Shown: in pieces, positions 14,580 through 37,581 of the stretch
Position numbering within the stretch: position 1 is the stretch's first letter
Layout of the letters: each line of letters begins with the position of its first letter
Assembly (NCBI RefSeq): GCF_009914755.1
Contig: NC_060946.1
DNA from: the human T2T-CHM13v2.0 reference genome, Homo sapiens
Reading direction: 5' to 3' (one strand)
DNA: 64,000 bases
Notes under the pieces: generated by a model
Seen by the model: only the letters and a program-made list of their open reading frames with translations
Told to the model about the DNA's origin: nothing
Databases searched by the model: none
Translations under genes and position numbers: made by a program

Positions 14580-15337
14580 TGAGTAGCTGGATTAGAGATG
14601 TGCACCACCATGCCTGGCTAATTTTTGTATTTTTAGTAGAGACAGGGTTTCAGCATGTTGACCAGGCTGGTTTGAACTCCTGATCTCAGAAGATCTGCCC
14701 ACTTTGGCCTCCCAAAGTGCTGTGATTACAGGCGTGAGCCACCGCGCCCGGCCTACAGATACCTTTTAAGGTGGTTCTAAAGCCTCAGAAATTGTTTATC
14801 CTGAAGAGGAAGGTTAAACTAAAGTTTTATTCATTGCATTATGGGGGAAAGTTTAGGCAGAGTATCTTACGGTTTTGTTTTTCATTAAAAGATCAGTATT
14901 CTTTCAGATTTTAAGTCCATTTAAAAACTTCAAATAGTAATATATGTACGTAGTTGAAAAAAGTCTAATAGCCCAGAATGCTTGTAATAAGGATCAAGAA
15001 TTCTGTTTCACTCCTTAGTGCCACTCTCCAAACAACTTTTTTGTATCAATTTAAGGGCTACAGGTGCAGTTTTGTTACATGAATACATTGCATAGTGCTG
15101 CAGTTTGGGCTTTTAGTGCATCCATCATCCAAATAATGTACATGTACCCATTCAGTAATTTCTTGTTACTCAGCCTCCTCCCAGCCTCCCAACCTTCTGA
15201 GTCTCCAGTGTCGTTATTCCACACTGTGCCCACATGTACACATTATTTTGCTTCAACTTATAAGTGAGAACATGGCCTCCAGGTCCATGTTGCTACAAAA
15301 GACATGATTTCATTCTTCCTTTATGACTGAATAGTAT

Positions 15338-15338
<1 letters not shown>

Positions 15339-15379
<41 letters not shown>
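15339..15379. repeat. (TG)n microsatellite
   Basis: About 20 uninterrupted TG units. Confidence 0.95.
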
Positions 15380-15385
<6 letters not shown>

Positions 15386-15554
15386 CCCAATTTTTCTTTA
15401 TCCAGTCATCTGTTGATGGGTATGGAGATTGATTCCCTATCTTTGCTATTGTGAGTGTTGCTGTGATAAAGGTACGAGTGCAGTTATCTTTTTGATATAA
15501 TGATTTATTTTCCTTTGGGTGTATACCCAATAGTGGGATTGTGGGATTGAATAG

Positions 15555-16010
<456 letters not shown>

Positions 16011-16198
16011 TAATAGTGGCCATTCTGATTGGTGTAAGATGATATGTCATTGTGGTTTTTATTTGCATTTCCTCGATGATTAGTGATGAGCATTTTTTTC
16101 ACATACCTGTTGACTGTTTGTCTTCTTTTGAGAAATGTCTATTAATGCCCTTTGCTAACTTTAAAATTCTTAAAAATTTTTTATTTAAATTTTTTCTT

Positions 16199-16330
16199 AA
16201 GACCAGTTAAGTGCAGTAGTGAAAGGTGAGTAAAGAGTATAGAACAAGGAGTTTGATTGGTAACTGACTGTGAACCATCAATTGGGATAACTCACTACCA
16301 GTTATCAGTAGTGAGGTATTCAGAACAGCC
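16199..16330 (-). pseudogene. RNY1: Y1 RNA (RNY1) retropseudogene with degenerate A-tail (16163-16198) and TSD
   Basis: The reverse complement matches hY1 (GGCTG...GTAGTGAGTTATCYCAATTGATKGTTCACAGTCAGTTAC...CTCCTTGTTCTA...CACTACTGCACTT...GTCTT); TSD ctttgctWacttt at 16150-16162 and 16331-16343; 19-nt internal insertion. Confidence 0.9.
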
Positions 16331-16967
16331 CTTTGCTTACTTTTTGTTGGGATTATTTGAGTTCCTTGTAAATTCTGGATGTTAGTACCCTGTCAGATAC
16401 ATAGTTTGAAACTATTTTCTCCTATTCTGTAGGCCATTTGTTCAGTCTGCTGATTCTTTCTTTGGTTATGTATAAGCTTTTTAGCTTAATTAAGTCTCAT
16501 TTGTCTATTTTTGTTTTTGTTTTTTTGCTTGTGCTTTTGAGGTCTTAGTCATGAATTCTTTCAATTCATGAATTCTTAGTCATGAATTGTATAGAGCAGT
16601 GTCCAGAAGAGGTTTTCCTAGGTTTTCTTCTAATGTTTTTTGTAGTTTCAGGTCTTTGGATTAAGTCTTTAATCCTTCTTGAGTTGATTTTTGTATATGG
16701 TGAAAGATAGGGGTCCAATTTCCAAAGGAAACTTTCAAATTATTTCTTCCTGTGGTATTGTTGTGACTATATAGTATACGTATGTTATGATTTATGATTT
16801 ATGATTGATTTCTGCTCTGATAAAGGAGGATTTGGCTTCTTTACATCTACTTCTCCAATAGATTTTTAAAAAATCACTTTTAATTTCTTTGCTAGTTATC
16901 TCTGCAGTTTATATCAGAACTTTCCTTCATGTTATATAGACTGTCGATCTTGATTTACCAATCAGTA

Positions 16968-24945
<7,978 letters not shown>

Positions 24946-25807
24946 TCAGGCACAATGTGATATCATTTATAAATATTAGAGAATGTAGTTCTAAAAAGTG
25001 AAGGCTTAAGAAAAACCTAATACCACCATCATACTCAAAAAAAAATTGACAGTTAAATCCATAATATCATCAAATATTCTATGTTCAGGTAAACATGTCT
25101 CAGTTTTTAAAAGTATTTGAATAAGGCTTACATATTGCGATTAAGTCTCTTAATCTGTAGGTTACCACCTTCCTTTTTATTCTCGCACTTTATTTGTTAA
25201 AGAAATGGGTTATTTGCCCTGTAGAGTTCCCGTAGTCAGGATTTTGCTGATTCCTGAGATTCAATACCAGGTTTATCCCTGATATTTCTCTATTTTCTGT
25301 ATTTCCAAATGAGTAGTTGGAACCAGAGGCTTGGTCAGAGTCAGGTTCAGTCTTATTTTACAAGACTGCTTTGTAGTTGTGGTGCATTCTTTCATCAGGA
25401 GGCACAAAATGTGATTGTCTCTTTTTGTGACACTAGCAACTGTTGGTGACTAATGCCTAGATCCATTGATTCATTAAGGGTTGTAAAATGATAATGTTCT
25501 AGTTGTGTTACTCCTTTATTTTATTATCTGGAATACTGTTTTATAAAAAGAAAAGTTTCCATCACCTCTTACTTGGTTGCCCAGTGTAACTGTTCATATG
25601 GGAAAGGCAGAATAAATGTTTGCTTGTTTACCTTTCTTTACCAGTTTCCAGTGTAGTCAGTAGGTTCACTGTATTTTCCAGCTGTGATTAATAAATTTTT
25701 AAAACTATTATTTTTAATGTATCTGTTACTGTATAGGACAGTATCTGGAAATACCCAAAGACAAGATCTCTAAAGAAGTCATTGGCTAGTGGTGGATCAG
25801 TGCAGTG

Positions 25808-26825
25808 TGGTGGTGGTGGTAGCGGTGGTGGTGGTGGTGGTGGTGGTGGTGATGGTGGTGATGGTGGTGGTGGTGGTGGTGATGCTGGTGGTGGTGGTGG
25901 TAATGGTGATGGTGGTGGTGATAGTGGTAGTGGTGGTGGTGGTGGTAGTGGTGGTGGTGGTGGTAGTGGTGGTGGTGGTAGTGGTGATGGTGGTGGTGGT
26001 AGTGGTAGTGGTAGTGGTGGTGGTGGTGGTGGTCGTGGTGGTAGTGATGGTGGTAGTGGTGGTGGTGGTGGTGGTGGTCATGGTTTTAGTGGTGATAGTG
26101 GTGGTGGTGGTGATGGTGGTGGTGCTGGTGGTGGTAGTGGTGGTGGTGGTGGTGGTGATGATGGTGGTAGTGATGGTGGTAGTGATGGTGGTAGTGGTGG
26201 TGGTGGTGGTGGTGGTAGTGGTGGTGGTGGTGGTAGTGGTGGTGGTGGTAGTGGTGATGGTGGTGGTGGTAGTGGTAGTGGTGGTGGTGGTGGTGGTCGT
26301 GGTTTTAGTGGTGATAGTGGTGGTGGTGGTGGTGGTGGTGGTGATGGTGCTGGTGCTGGGGGTGGTGGTGGGAGTGGTAATGGTGGTAGTGGTGGTAGTG
26401 ATGGTGGTAGTGGTGGTGGTGGTGGTGGTGGTAGTGGTGGTGGTAGTGGTGGTGGTGGTAGTGGTGATGGTGGTGGTGGTGGTGGTAGTGGTGGTGGTGG
26501 TAGTGGCGATGGTGGTGGTGGTGGTAGTGGTGATGGTGGTGGTGGTAGTGGTAGTGGTGATGGTGGTGGTGGTGGTGTAGTGGTGGTGGTGGTGGTCGTG
26601 GTTTTAGTGGTGGTGGTGATGGTGGTGGTGCTGGTGGTGGTGGTAGTGGTGGTGGTGGTAGTGGTGGTGGTAGTGGTGGTGGTGGTAGTGGTGGTGGTAG
26701 TGGTGGTGGTAGTAGTGGTGGTAGTAGTGGTGGTGGTGGTGGTGGTAGTGGTGGTGGTGGTGGTGGTAGTGGTGGTGGTGGTGGTTGTGGTTTTAGTGGT
26801 GATGGTGGTGGTGGTGGTGGTGGTG
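25808..26825 (+). repeat. ~1 kb (GGT)n trinucleotide array with AGT/GAT/GCT/CGT/TTT variant triplets
   Basis: Direct reading; triplet phase is kept throughout except for one phase shift near 26577. Confidence 0.98.
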
Positions 26826-29800
26826 TTATGCACAGGGGGGATAATACAGCAGAGGCATTAAGCTTGAAATCAGGAAAGAGCTCTGGAGTTATCCTTGAGC
26901 TGTGTTTTGAAGGTTGAGTAGCAGTTTGCTATTGGAGGAGGTAGAGGTTACTTTTCAGGCAGAGGGAGCAGCATGTGCAAAGGCTCTGAGATGTGAGAGT
27001 TTGCTAATGAAGAAATTTGGTAGGGCTGGAAGCTCAGTGAGCTTGGTGCGAGAGAGTCAAGAGATGAGGCTTTAGAAGTAGTATGGGTTTTAAGTCATTC
27101 CAAGGAATAGTTTTGATTTAACTCTGAAGGCCATGGAGAGACATTGAAAGGTTTTATCCAAGTGAATGATGGAAGGAGCAAACTGTGGAACCCTTGGGGC
27201 AGCACTGAGAAGAGCGACTCATGATGCCCCTTTTCTGAACTGCTTATACAGATTTGATTCTCATTCTTGGCATTACTCCTGATTCCTCCTTCGTTTACAT
27301 GCACACGCACCTACACACACACAAAGACACACAGAGACACACGTCTGCCTCTCGGATCTCCTTCTAGAGTCTTAGTTCTTGTTTTTTTCAGAATTTGGGC
27401 AACTAACAAGGCTAGAAAGGAGGCCATCTAAAAAAGCGATTGGTGTTGAAAAGTTGCTGCTCCCGTCCTAGCAGCACAACTCTTCACTTCATAGTAATGG
27501 GAGTAATGACGATGATGAGTGTGGACAACTAATGAGCACTTAACTGTAGTACCAGGGACTATTCTCAGAATTCATTAGTGTGACAACCCTCTAAGGTAGG
27601 GTCTGTTATCCCCATTATACAGATGTGGCAGAAACGGCAGGGAGAAGTTAAGTGACTTGCTTAAGGTAATAAACGTAGTAAGAAGCAGAGGTGGAATTGA
27701 ACCTGAACAGTTTGCATCTAGAGTTCATGCTCATAACATTCTATTTATTGCCTTTCTGGTTTTATGACCCCCTTCTTATCTAAGTGTATGCTCTGTGCCC
27801 CGCACATACAAACTAGTTCCCATAACATGTGTAATATAATCCCTCCTTTCCCAGGGTTTCCCGGCTTCCTATCCTTCCCCTTAGCTTTCTGTCATCAGTT
27901 TTTCCTAGGATTTCTGGTTCAGCCTATGTCAAAGTGAGATTCACCAACATAGTTGATGATAAATACTGTTTGATTACAGGAATGTAGGAAGATGCGCAAG
28001 CATTCTACTAAAAATGCTTTTCCCACAGATAGAGTAAACCAAGGTTGTTTAGGTTTTGTAAGACTGGCATTCAACTATAAATAGGCCTTATGTATGTTTA
28101 CTAAATCAGAAAACATTTAATATAGCTAAATTTTAAATAATCAACAACAGAAAATAAAAATATTTTGCCCCACCGTCTTAAGGTTACAAAGACTTAGAGG
28201 TATATTTTATTTACATGCATGCATACACACACACAAACACACAAACACAAATCATATATAGATGTGTAGAAAATATAGAAAAGTAGAAAAATGTATACAA
28301 ATATTTGAAATACATTATGTGGAATCATGTTTGTATTTTTTTAGCTTAGGAAAGAAAGCCATTAAAAGACTTACATGTCAATAACCATGATACTATAGGA
28401 TTTTAGTAGTTGCAGAGTATTACATTACTTAAATAAATGATTCATGGAATAGTCTTTTTTTATTGGACAAGGGATTTTCCCCTCCCCCTCAATCTTTGAG
28501 AGTTAGAAACAATGCAGAGATGAGTGTCTTTATAGTTAAACCTTTGTACATTTCATAATTTACTCATGATAAATTTTCAAGTTGAATTCCTAGGCCAAAG
28601 GGTATACAGATTTTAAAGACTTTCAATGTTGGCAGATATCACTGTAGGATAATTATACCAATTTACACTCTTAACAGTAATATATGAGTGTATATATTTA
28701 CCTATTCCTTGCCAGTTCTGGAAATTGTGAATTTAACAGAATCTTCCAAAAAGCATTGAAAATTGGCCTGGGAATGTAAATATCCTTTTCTTCCCCATTC
28801 AGCTTACTAATGAATCTATCATAATCTCAGCTGTCTGAATCTAAAAGAGAACCAGTAAAATTGAGATAACAAGTTTATTGCAAAATAAATGACCTGAAAG
28901 CCACAGGGATTGGGTGGGGTAGGAGAAGGGCAGGTAGTGGTGACTGAGGTGACTCTGTGTTTGGGTTTTTGAAAAGATTGTAGATTTGAAGGATAATGAG
29001 TTCAGAGAAGTAGAAAGGCAAATAGGGGCTGTTATAAATAAGGACAGTGGCATGAGCCAACGGGCTTATCTCTCATATTTAAAGAACATGGCTAGATCTG
29101 GTTTCCCTATAAGTTGATTCCTTACTGTTATTCTGAGTTGAATGCATATCTTTTGTCTCAGTGAAGCCTGAATGGCTTTTGATGTCTCTGATCTGGAAAG
29201 GTTGTTTGTGTATCTCAGAATAAGTCATTTTGCTAAAAAAGGCTACTCCTGAGGGAGAGCAGTGGAAAAAAGAGTTGGAAAAGTGGATTGTAGCTAGTTG
29301 AAAAAAGGATTTGAATGTCAAGCTTTAGGAATTAGGTTCTTATTTGGTATGTTACAGGCAACCATATGGACTTTTGAGCAGGTGAAAAGTACAGTATTAA
29401 TGGGTAGGGATAGCTTGGGAGGGAAGGAGACATGGACATTGAGCTTCAGAAAAACCAGTTAGTAAAATGTTTCAGATAATACATTGGTAATAGAAAAAGA
29501 TCCATTGAAATGTGAGGCATTCACATGGAAAGAACTGGCAGAATGTGGTAATTAACAGCTATAAGGACCCCAAAATAAAAGGAGTAATCAAACATCACTC
29601 AAAGCTTTTAGCACAGTTTTTGAGAACAGTGTCAGAAGGAGAAGACAACTTTGTTCCTAAAAGTTATATTGTAAAATAAATGTAGCTTATACATTTTTGA
29701 AAGTGAAATCTCAGGATTCATGGTATCATTACTTCTACTTGCCAAATTATTAAAATGGTGTTATATTTCTTAAGATATTTTAAAGCCTCTATTGTAGAAC

Positions 29801-29876
29801 AGAAATAGTGGAAAATGGAACTAATGTTTATTAACAGTTACTATGGAAGAGGGAATAGAAATGTGTTGCTCTTGAA

Positions 29877-30114
29877 CAGGTTTATTCAACTTTGGCACTA
29901 TTGACATTTTGGGCTAGCTAATTCCTTGTCACGGGCAGTATGTCCTGTGTGTAGGATGTTAAGCAGCATTTCTGGCCTCCACCCACTAGATATAGTAGCA
30001 CACCCGCGCCCCTCCCCTCCTCCCTGCCCCCGTGACAACCAAAAATGTCTTTAGACATTGCCAGATGTCCCTTGGGCAGCAAAAATTGCTCCCTCTTCCC
30101 AGTTAAGAGCCATA
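29877..30114. mobile_element. MER20
   Basis: ggcactattgacattttggg…gtaggatgtt…agcagcat…gtgacaaccaaaaatgtct…agacattgcca…tgtccc. Confidence 0.85.
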
Positions 30115-30631
30115 GTTCTAGAGTACAGAATTAGTACCACTAAATAAATGTTATTGGTGTGTTTAGAACAGTGCCTAGCACATAGCTGGTACTCAAATAT
30201 TTGTTGAATAAATGAGTAGTCAGATTTTCATTGTGAATTAAAAACAGAACAAAACTTGATGTCTGACCTTTCAAGTTGCTTTTACAAAAGAAATGGGATG
30301 TCCATTGAACATCTGTTTTAGATCTGATTTCCCAATCTGGATTATTAAAATGAGGAGGCTATTTTTTCCCAGTATATAAATGATTCTAATACTTTTTGCT
30401 GTAAAACTTTTGGAGTCTCTCTGCTAAATTATGTTCCAGTTTCTTAGCTTGGGATTCAAGTCATAAATATACTAGGTCTGTCTTACCTTTCAATGCTTTT
30501 ATTTGTTCCCTTTTGAACATGGCTGAATTTTACCTTTCTGTCTCCCTGCCCGCCATTCTTGCTACCCCTCCTTCCTTTTTCCACTCTCATCTTTTTCCCA
30601 TTTTCCAGTCTGTAAATCCTACCTATCCTTT

Positions 30632-32445
<1,814 letters not shown>

Positions 32446-33047
32446 CTTAACTACATATTTTTTACATCTGCACAGTGTTTTGGAAAAAGTGGTTCAACTG
32501 AAAGAATGAAAAGTTGGGGGCAGAATTTGCTTTAAAAAAAAATTAAAAAAAGGGCATTGAAAAAAGTTTCAGTGGTGTTGGGAGGGCCTTGGAACAAGGA
32601 GTGAATGGAAGATGAGGGAGTGGAGGGAGGCCATGTATGGACTCTTTCTACAGACCAGGCTGTTGAAGGAGAGAGGGCTAACAGGAAATGAAGTGCAGGG
32701 GGAAGTTTTTTGAAGATGGGAGAAAGAAGACAACTTTTATATATTTCATTTCATTTGATTCCTTATAAATTTGTAAGGAAGATAGAGCTTGTATTATGTC
32801 AGTGAAGTTGAAAATAGAGTACAGAAAAATTAAGATACAGCACCCCCAAAACTGAGAACTTCTGACATAATACACTGTTGGAAATATTTATTTCAGAGTG
32901 AAGAAAATATTGGAAGTTAGGCTTGTTAATTGGTCTGCATGGTTCATAATTACTCTTTCTTATTAACTATTTAAGGAACATGAGACCAGGAAGTTAAATA
33001 CCCAGGTATATGCAGATGTATATCTAGAATTGGTACCAAAGTAAATA

Positions 33048-34651
33048 CAGGCATACCTTGGAGATACTGTAGGTTCCATTATAGACTACCACAATAAAGT
33101 GAATATCACCATAAAGCAAGGCACACAAATATTTTGGTTTACCAGTGTATGTAAATATTATGTTTATATTCTACTGCAGTCTATTAAATGTTCAATAGCG
33201 TTATATTTAAAAAACCAATGTGCATACTTTAATTTAAAAATACTTTATTGCTAAAAAATGCTACTGATCATCTGAGCTTTCAGTAAATTGTAAGATTTTT
33301 TGCTGATAGAGGATGTTGGTGGCTGCTGACTGATCCCAACAGTGATTGCTGAAGGTTGGGGTGCCTCTGGCAGTTTCTTACAATAAGACAACAATGAAGT
33401 TTGCTACATTGATTGCCTCTTTCTTTCATGAAAGATTTCTCTGTAGCACTTGATGCGGTTTGATAGCATTTTTTACCCAAAAGTAGAACTTTTTTTCAAA
33501 ATTGGAGTCAGCTCAAACCCTGCCACTGCTTTAACAACTAAGGTTATATAGTATTCTAAATCCTTTGTTGTCATTCAATAATTTCACAGCCTTTTCACCA
33601 GGAGTAGTTTCCATCTTTAAGAAACCACTTTCTTGGGTCATCTGTAAGGAACAACTCCTAATCTGTGCAAGTTTTATCATGAGATTGCAGCAATTCAGTC
33701 ACATCTTCAGGCTCCACTTCTAATTCTCTTGCTGTTTCCACTACATCTGCAGTGACTTCCTCCACTTGAGTCTTGAACCTCTCAAAGTCATCCATGAGAG
33801 TTGGAATCAACTTCTTCCAAACACCTGTTCATGTTGATATTTTGACTTCCTCTCATGAATTATGAATGTTCTTAATGACATCCACGGTGGTGAAGTCTTT
33901 CCAAAAGGTTTTCAGTTTATTTTGCCCAAATCTGCTACAGGAATCACTTTTTTTTTTTTTTGAGACAGAGTCTCTCTTTGTCGGCCTGGCTGGAGTGCAG
34001 TGGTGTGATCTTGGTTTACTGCAACCTCTGCCTCTTGGTTCAAGAGATTCTCCTGACTCAGCCCCCCGAGTATCTGGGACTACAGGTGTGTGCCACCACG
34101 CCTGGCTAATTTTTGTATTTTTAGTAGAGATGGGGTTTTGCCATGTTGGCTAGGGTGTTCTCGAACTCCCAGCTTCAAGTGATCCTTCTGCCTTGGCGTC
34201 CCAGAGTGCTGGGATTACAGGCATTAGCCACCATGCCTGGCCGAAATGTATTTCTTAAACAGTAAGACTTAAAAATTGAAATTACTCATTGATGCATGGG
34301 CTGCAGGATAGATGTTGTATTGTACCTGCAGGCATGAAAGTAACATTCTTCTTTCTGAACATATCCATCAAAGCCCTCGAATGACATGGTCCATTGTTAG
34401 TGAGTGCTAATATTTTGAAATGAATGTTTTTTCCTTAGCAGTAGGTCTTGACAGTGGACTGAAAATATTCAGTAAGCCAACCTCTAAACAGATGTGCTGT
34501 CATCCAGGAGACTGTTGTTCCATATGTAGACAGCAAGCAGATTAGATATAGCATAATTCTTAAGAGCTCTAGGACTTTTTGAGTGGCAAATGAGCATTAG
34601 CTTCAACGTCAAGTTACCAGCTGCATTAGCCCCTAACAAGAGAGTCAGTTT

Positions 34652-34692
<41 letters not shown>

Positions 34693-35403
34693 AAAGAGAC
34701 AAGAGTCTCACCTTGTTGTCCAGGCTGGCCTTGAACTCCTAGGCTCAAGTGATTCTCTCACCTTGGCCTCTCAAAGTGCTGGAATAACAGGTGTGGCCCC
34801 AGCCTGATCTTTGAAGCAAGGCATTGATTTTCCCTCTCTAGCTGTGAAAGTCCTAGATGGCATCTTCTTCTAATGGAAGGCTCTTTTGTCTACATAAAAC
34901 ATCTTGTTTAGTATAGCCACCTCCAGCAATGATCTTAGATAGATATTCTGGATAACTTGCTACAGCTTCCATGTCAGCACTTGCTGCTTCACTTTCCACT
35001 TTTATGTTATGACAAGAGCATTTTTCCTCATGAGCCAACCTCTACTTGCTTCCAGTTTTTCTTCTGCAGTTTTCTCACCTCTCTCAGCCTTCATAGAACT
35101 GAAAAAGGTTAGAGCCTTGCTGTGGATTAGGCTTTTTGCCTAAGGGAATGTTGTGGCTGGTTTGATCTTCCATATGGACCACTAAAACTTTCTTCATATT
35201 AGCAATAAGATTGTTTCATGTTCACTGACATAGTGCTTTTAATTTTATTCAAGAATTTTTCGTTTACATTCATAATTGGCTGAGTGGTACAAGAGGCCTA
35301 GTTTTAGGCCTTTCTCACTTTTTGATATTCCTTCCCCACTAAGATTAATCATTTGTAGCTTTTCAGTTAAAGTGAGAGGCATGTGACTTTTCCTTTCCCT
35401 GAA
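33048..35403 (-). mobile_element. Tigger1 DNA transposon, one end intact (TA|CAGGCATACC), other end missing; interrupted by Alus at ~33948-34242 and ~34650-34805
   Basis: Terminal repeat caggcataccttggagatact…; decayed transposase remnants on the - strand (ORF 34853..35038). Confidence 0.88.
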
Positions 35404-36860
35404 TTGTTTGGGCATTATATATTACTTCTGTTGCACTACAGTGTCAGAGTTGGTTGCTGCAGAGAGCACATTTATTTCAAATTGCTGCTCTGCATGCTAC
35501 AAATCACAATGACATAGTTACTGTTTGTCAGTATGTGTGTGTGTGTGTGCACCACACATATTGCCCTGGCATCTTATTTATTTCTCTCATTACCAGTGCA
35601 TACCTACCTATCATGTTAAAACAAGAAAAGGAGAAAAGTGGACTTTATATGTAACACTTTAGAGGCATAGTGGAATGTATATTATTATTAACAAATTAGA
35701 TAGCAAAGCATTATATTTGTTATGCTAGAAGACTATGGCTGTGCTAAAAGAATATAATATATGTCAACATTGCCAGACTGGGCACTTCTCACAATATTCC
35801 CAACCAACAGGAATAAAACTAAAGGTCAGAAAAAAAAAAGTAAATTAAAACAAAATTTTATCACAGCAGAATTTCTTCTCAAAAACAAAAAATGGAAATT
35901 AGGCTATAATTAAAGTAAGTTTTTCAATGGCTTGTTAGCCAAGCAAGGAAAACCATTACCAACAGTAGTTAATTAAATTATGTTTTATTATGGTAACCAA
36001 AGATGTGTCCATAGAAAATAAACTTTAAAAAAGACTATTAGCCTTTCAGCAAGAGTAATTGCTCTAAAAGTTAAGGACATTGGGAGTAATATCAAGTCAT
36101 TTTGGAAAGAAGGGCGAATGATTTTTCATGGTTTTCTTAGGCTTTTGATGGATGAATAGGTGTTACCAGTACTGTTCAGTTGTTACATATTCCAGAAGTC
36201 AGTGCTGAGTTTGAAGTGATTGAAGAATTAGTATTTATGCATAGTCTATGTGAAACAACTACAAGAGAAAATATTTTCAGAAAAGTTGAGCAAACACTAA
36301 CTTAGTACAACCTGAAGTGGAATCCGCTAAGATGCGTTACAGTTGATAGTGGCAAAAATAACTGTGGAGCAGAAAGACTTGAGTTGGACAAATTTACAAA
36401 GCTTGTTAAATGTCAGGTGTTTAAAGCCTGATTATTTATTGTATTATTTATTAGCAGGTACTTTGCAGAAAATATTTAAATCTGTCATGTTTTAGTGAAC
36501 TATTATATAATAGTGTCAGCAGTGATTTTGACTTGCATTTGTGGACTTCATCATCATCAAATCCTATGAATTTTTGTTAGATATAGAGGCAGAATATACT
36601 GAATTGCCATTATACAGAGCAATTTAATGACTTGGCAGTGGGAAAGTTTTATTTCAGTTTTTTGCGCTGAGGAATGAGATTGAAATTTTTCTGAATAATA
36701 TTGCCCTCAACTGTTAAGTCAAATGCTTAATAGCTTTGAAAGTTGGCTTTTCCTATAGATTTCATAATATTTTGTAACAAATTCACCTAAAATTACAAGG
36801 CAGAACAGTGATTATAAGTGAACCTTATACTGTGGTAAGGTCACTTCTACAAGAATAATG
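35404..36860 (+). mobile_element. Old hAT-Charlie transposase fossil (Charlie2-like)
   Basis: Decayed GTF2IRD2/SPIN-like transposase start (…gagaaaagtggacttt…gctgtgctaaaagaatataatat…gccaagcaaggaaaacc…gactattagcctttc…). Confidence 0.7.
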
Positions 36861-37139
36861 AATCATGAAAATCAAGAGAAAGAACAAATAGTAGGAAAAT
36901 ATCTTCCAATTCCTTTTGGCCCTTCATATTTCCACCTAAACTCATAAGCTTTTAAAAAGATAATTATTTTTATTTATACTTAAAAAGATAATATAGGATA
37001 ATATTTTCGTAAAAGAGTTCTTGAGATACAGCACTGAATATAAAGAAAATATTGGAGCATTCAACTACATTTGAGAAATAACTTCTGTTTATTAAAAGAT
37101 ACTGTAAGAATGAAAGCACAAGCCCTAATGAATATTCCT

Positions 37140-37549
37140 GTTTGATACTAAACCAAAGCTTGAGAAGTGGTAGTTTCTCAAGTTTTTCAAGTGGTTTGGT
37201 GCAATCTGAAGACTGCAATCCCATCAATGAACTTTATATCTTTACCCTTTAAAATTATAATTTATGGGCTGGGCGCAGTGGTTCACGCCTGTAATCCCAG
37301 CACTTTGGGAGGCTGAAGCGGGTGGATCATGAGGTCAGGAGCTCAAGACCAGCCTGGCCAAGATTGTGAAACCCCGTCTCTACTAAAAATACAAAAATTA
37401 GCCAGGCATTATAGCAGACACCTGCAATCCCACCTATGGGGGAGGCCAAGGCAGAGAATCACTTGAATCCAGGAGGTGGAGGTTGCAATGAGCCGAGATT
37501 GTGCCACTGCACTCCAGCGTGGGTGACAGAGTGAGACTCCATCTCAGAC

Positions 37550-37581
<32 letters not shown>

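Noticed and set aside
25782-26861. Poly-Gly/Val/Thr/Pro ORFs
   Set aside because: Simple translation of the GGT triplet array; no ATG-led gene structure or splice support. Repeat-associated translation cannot be inferred from sequence alone.
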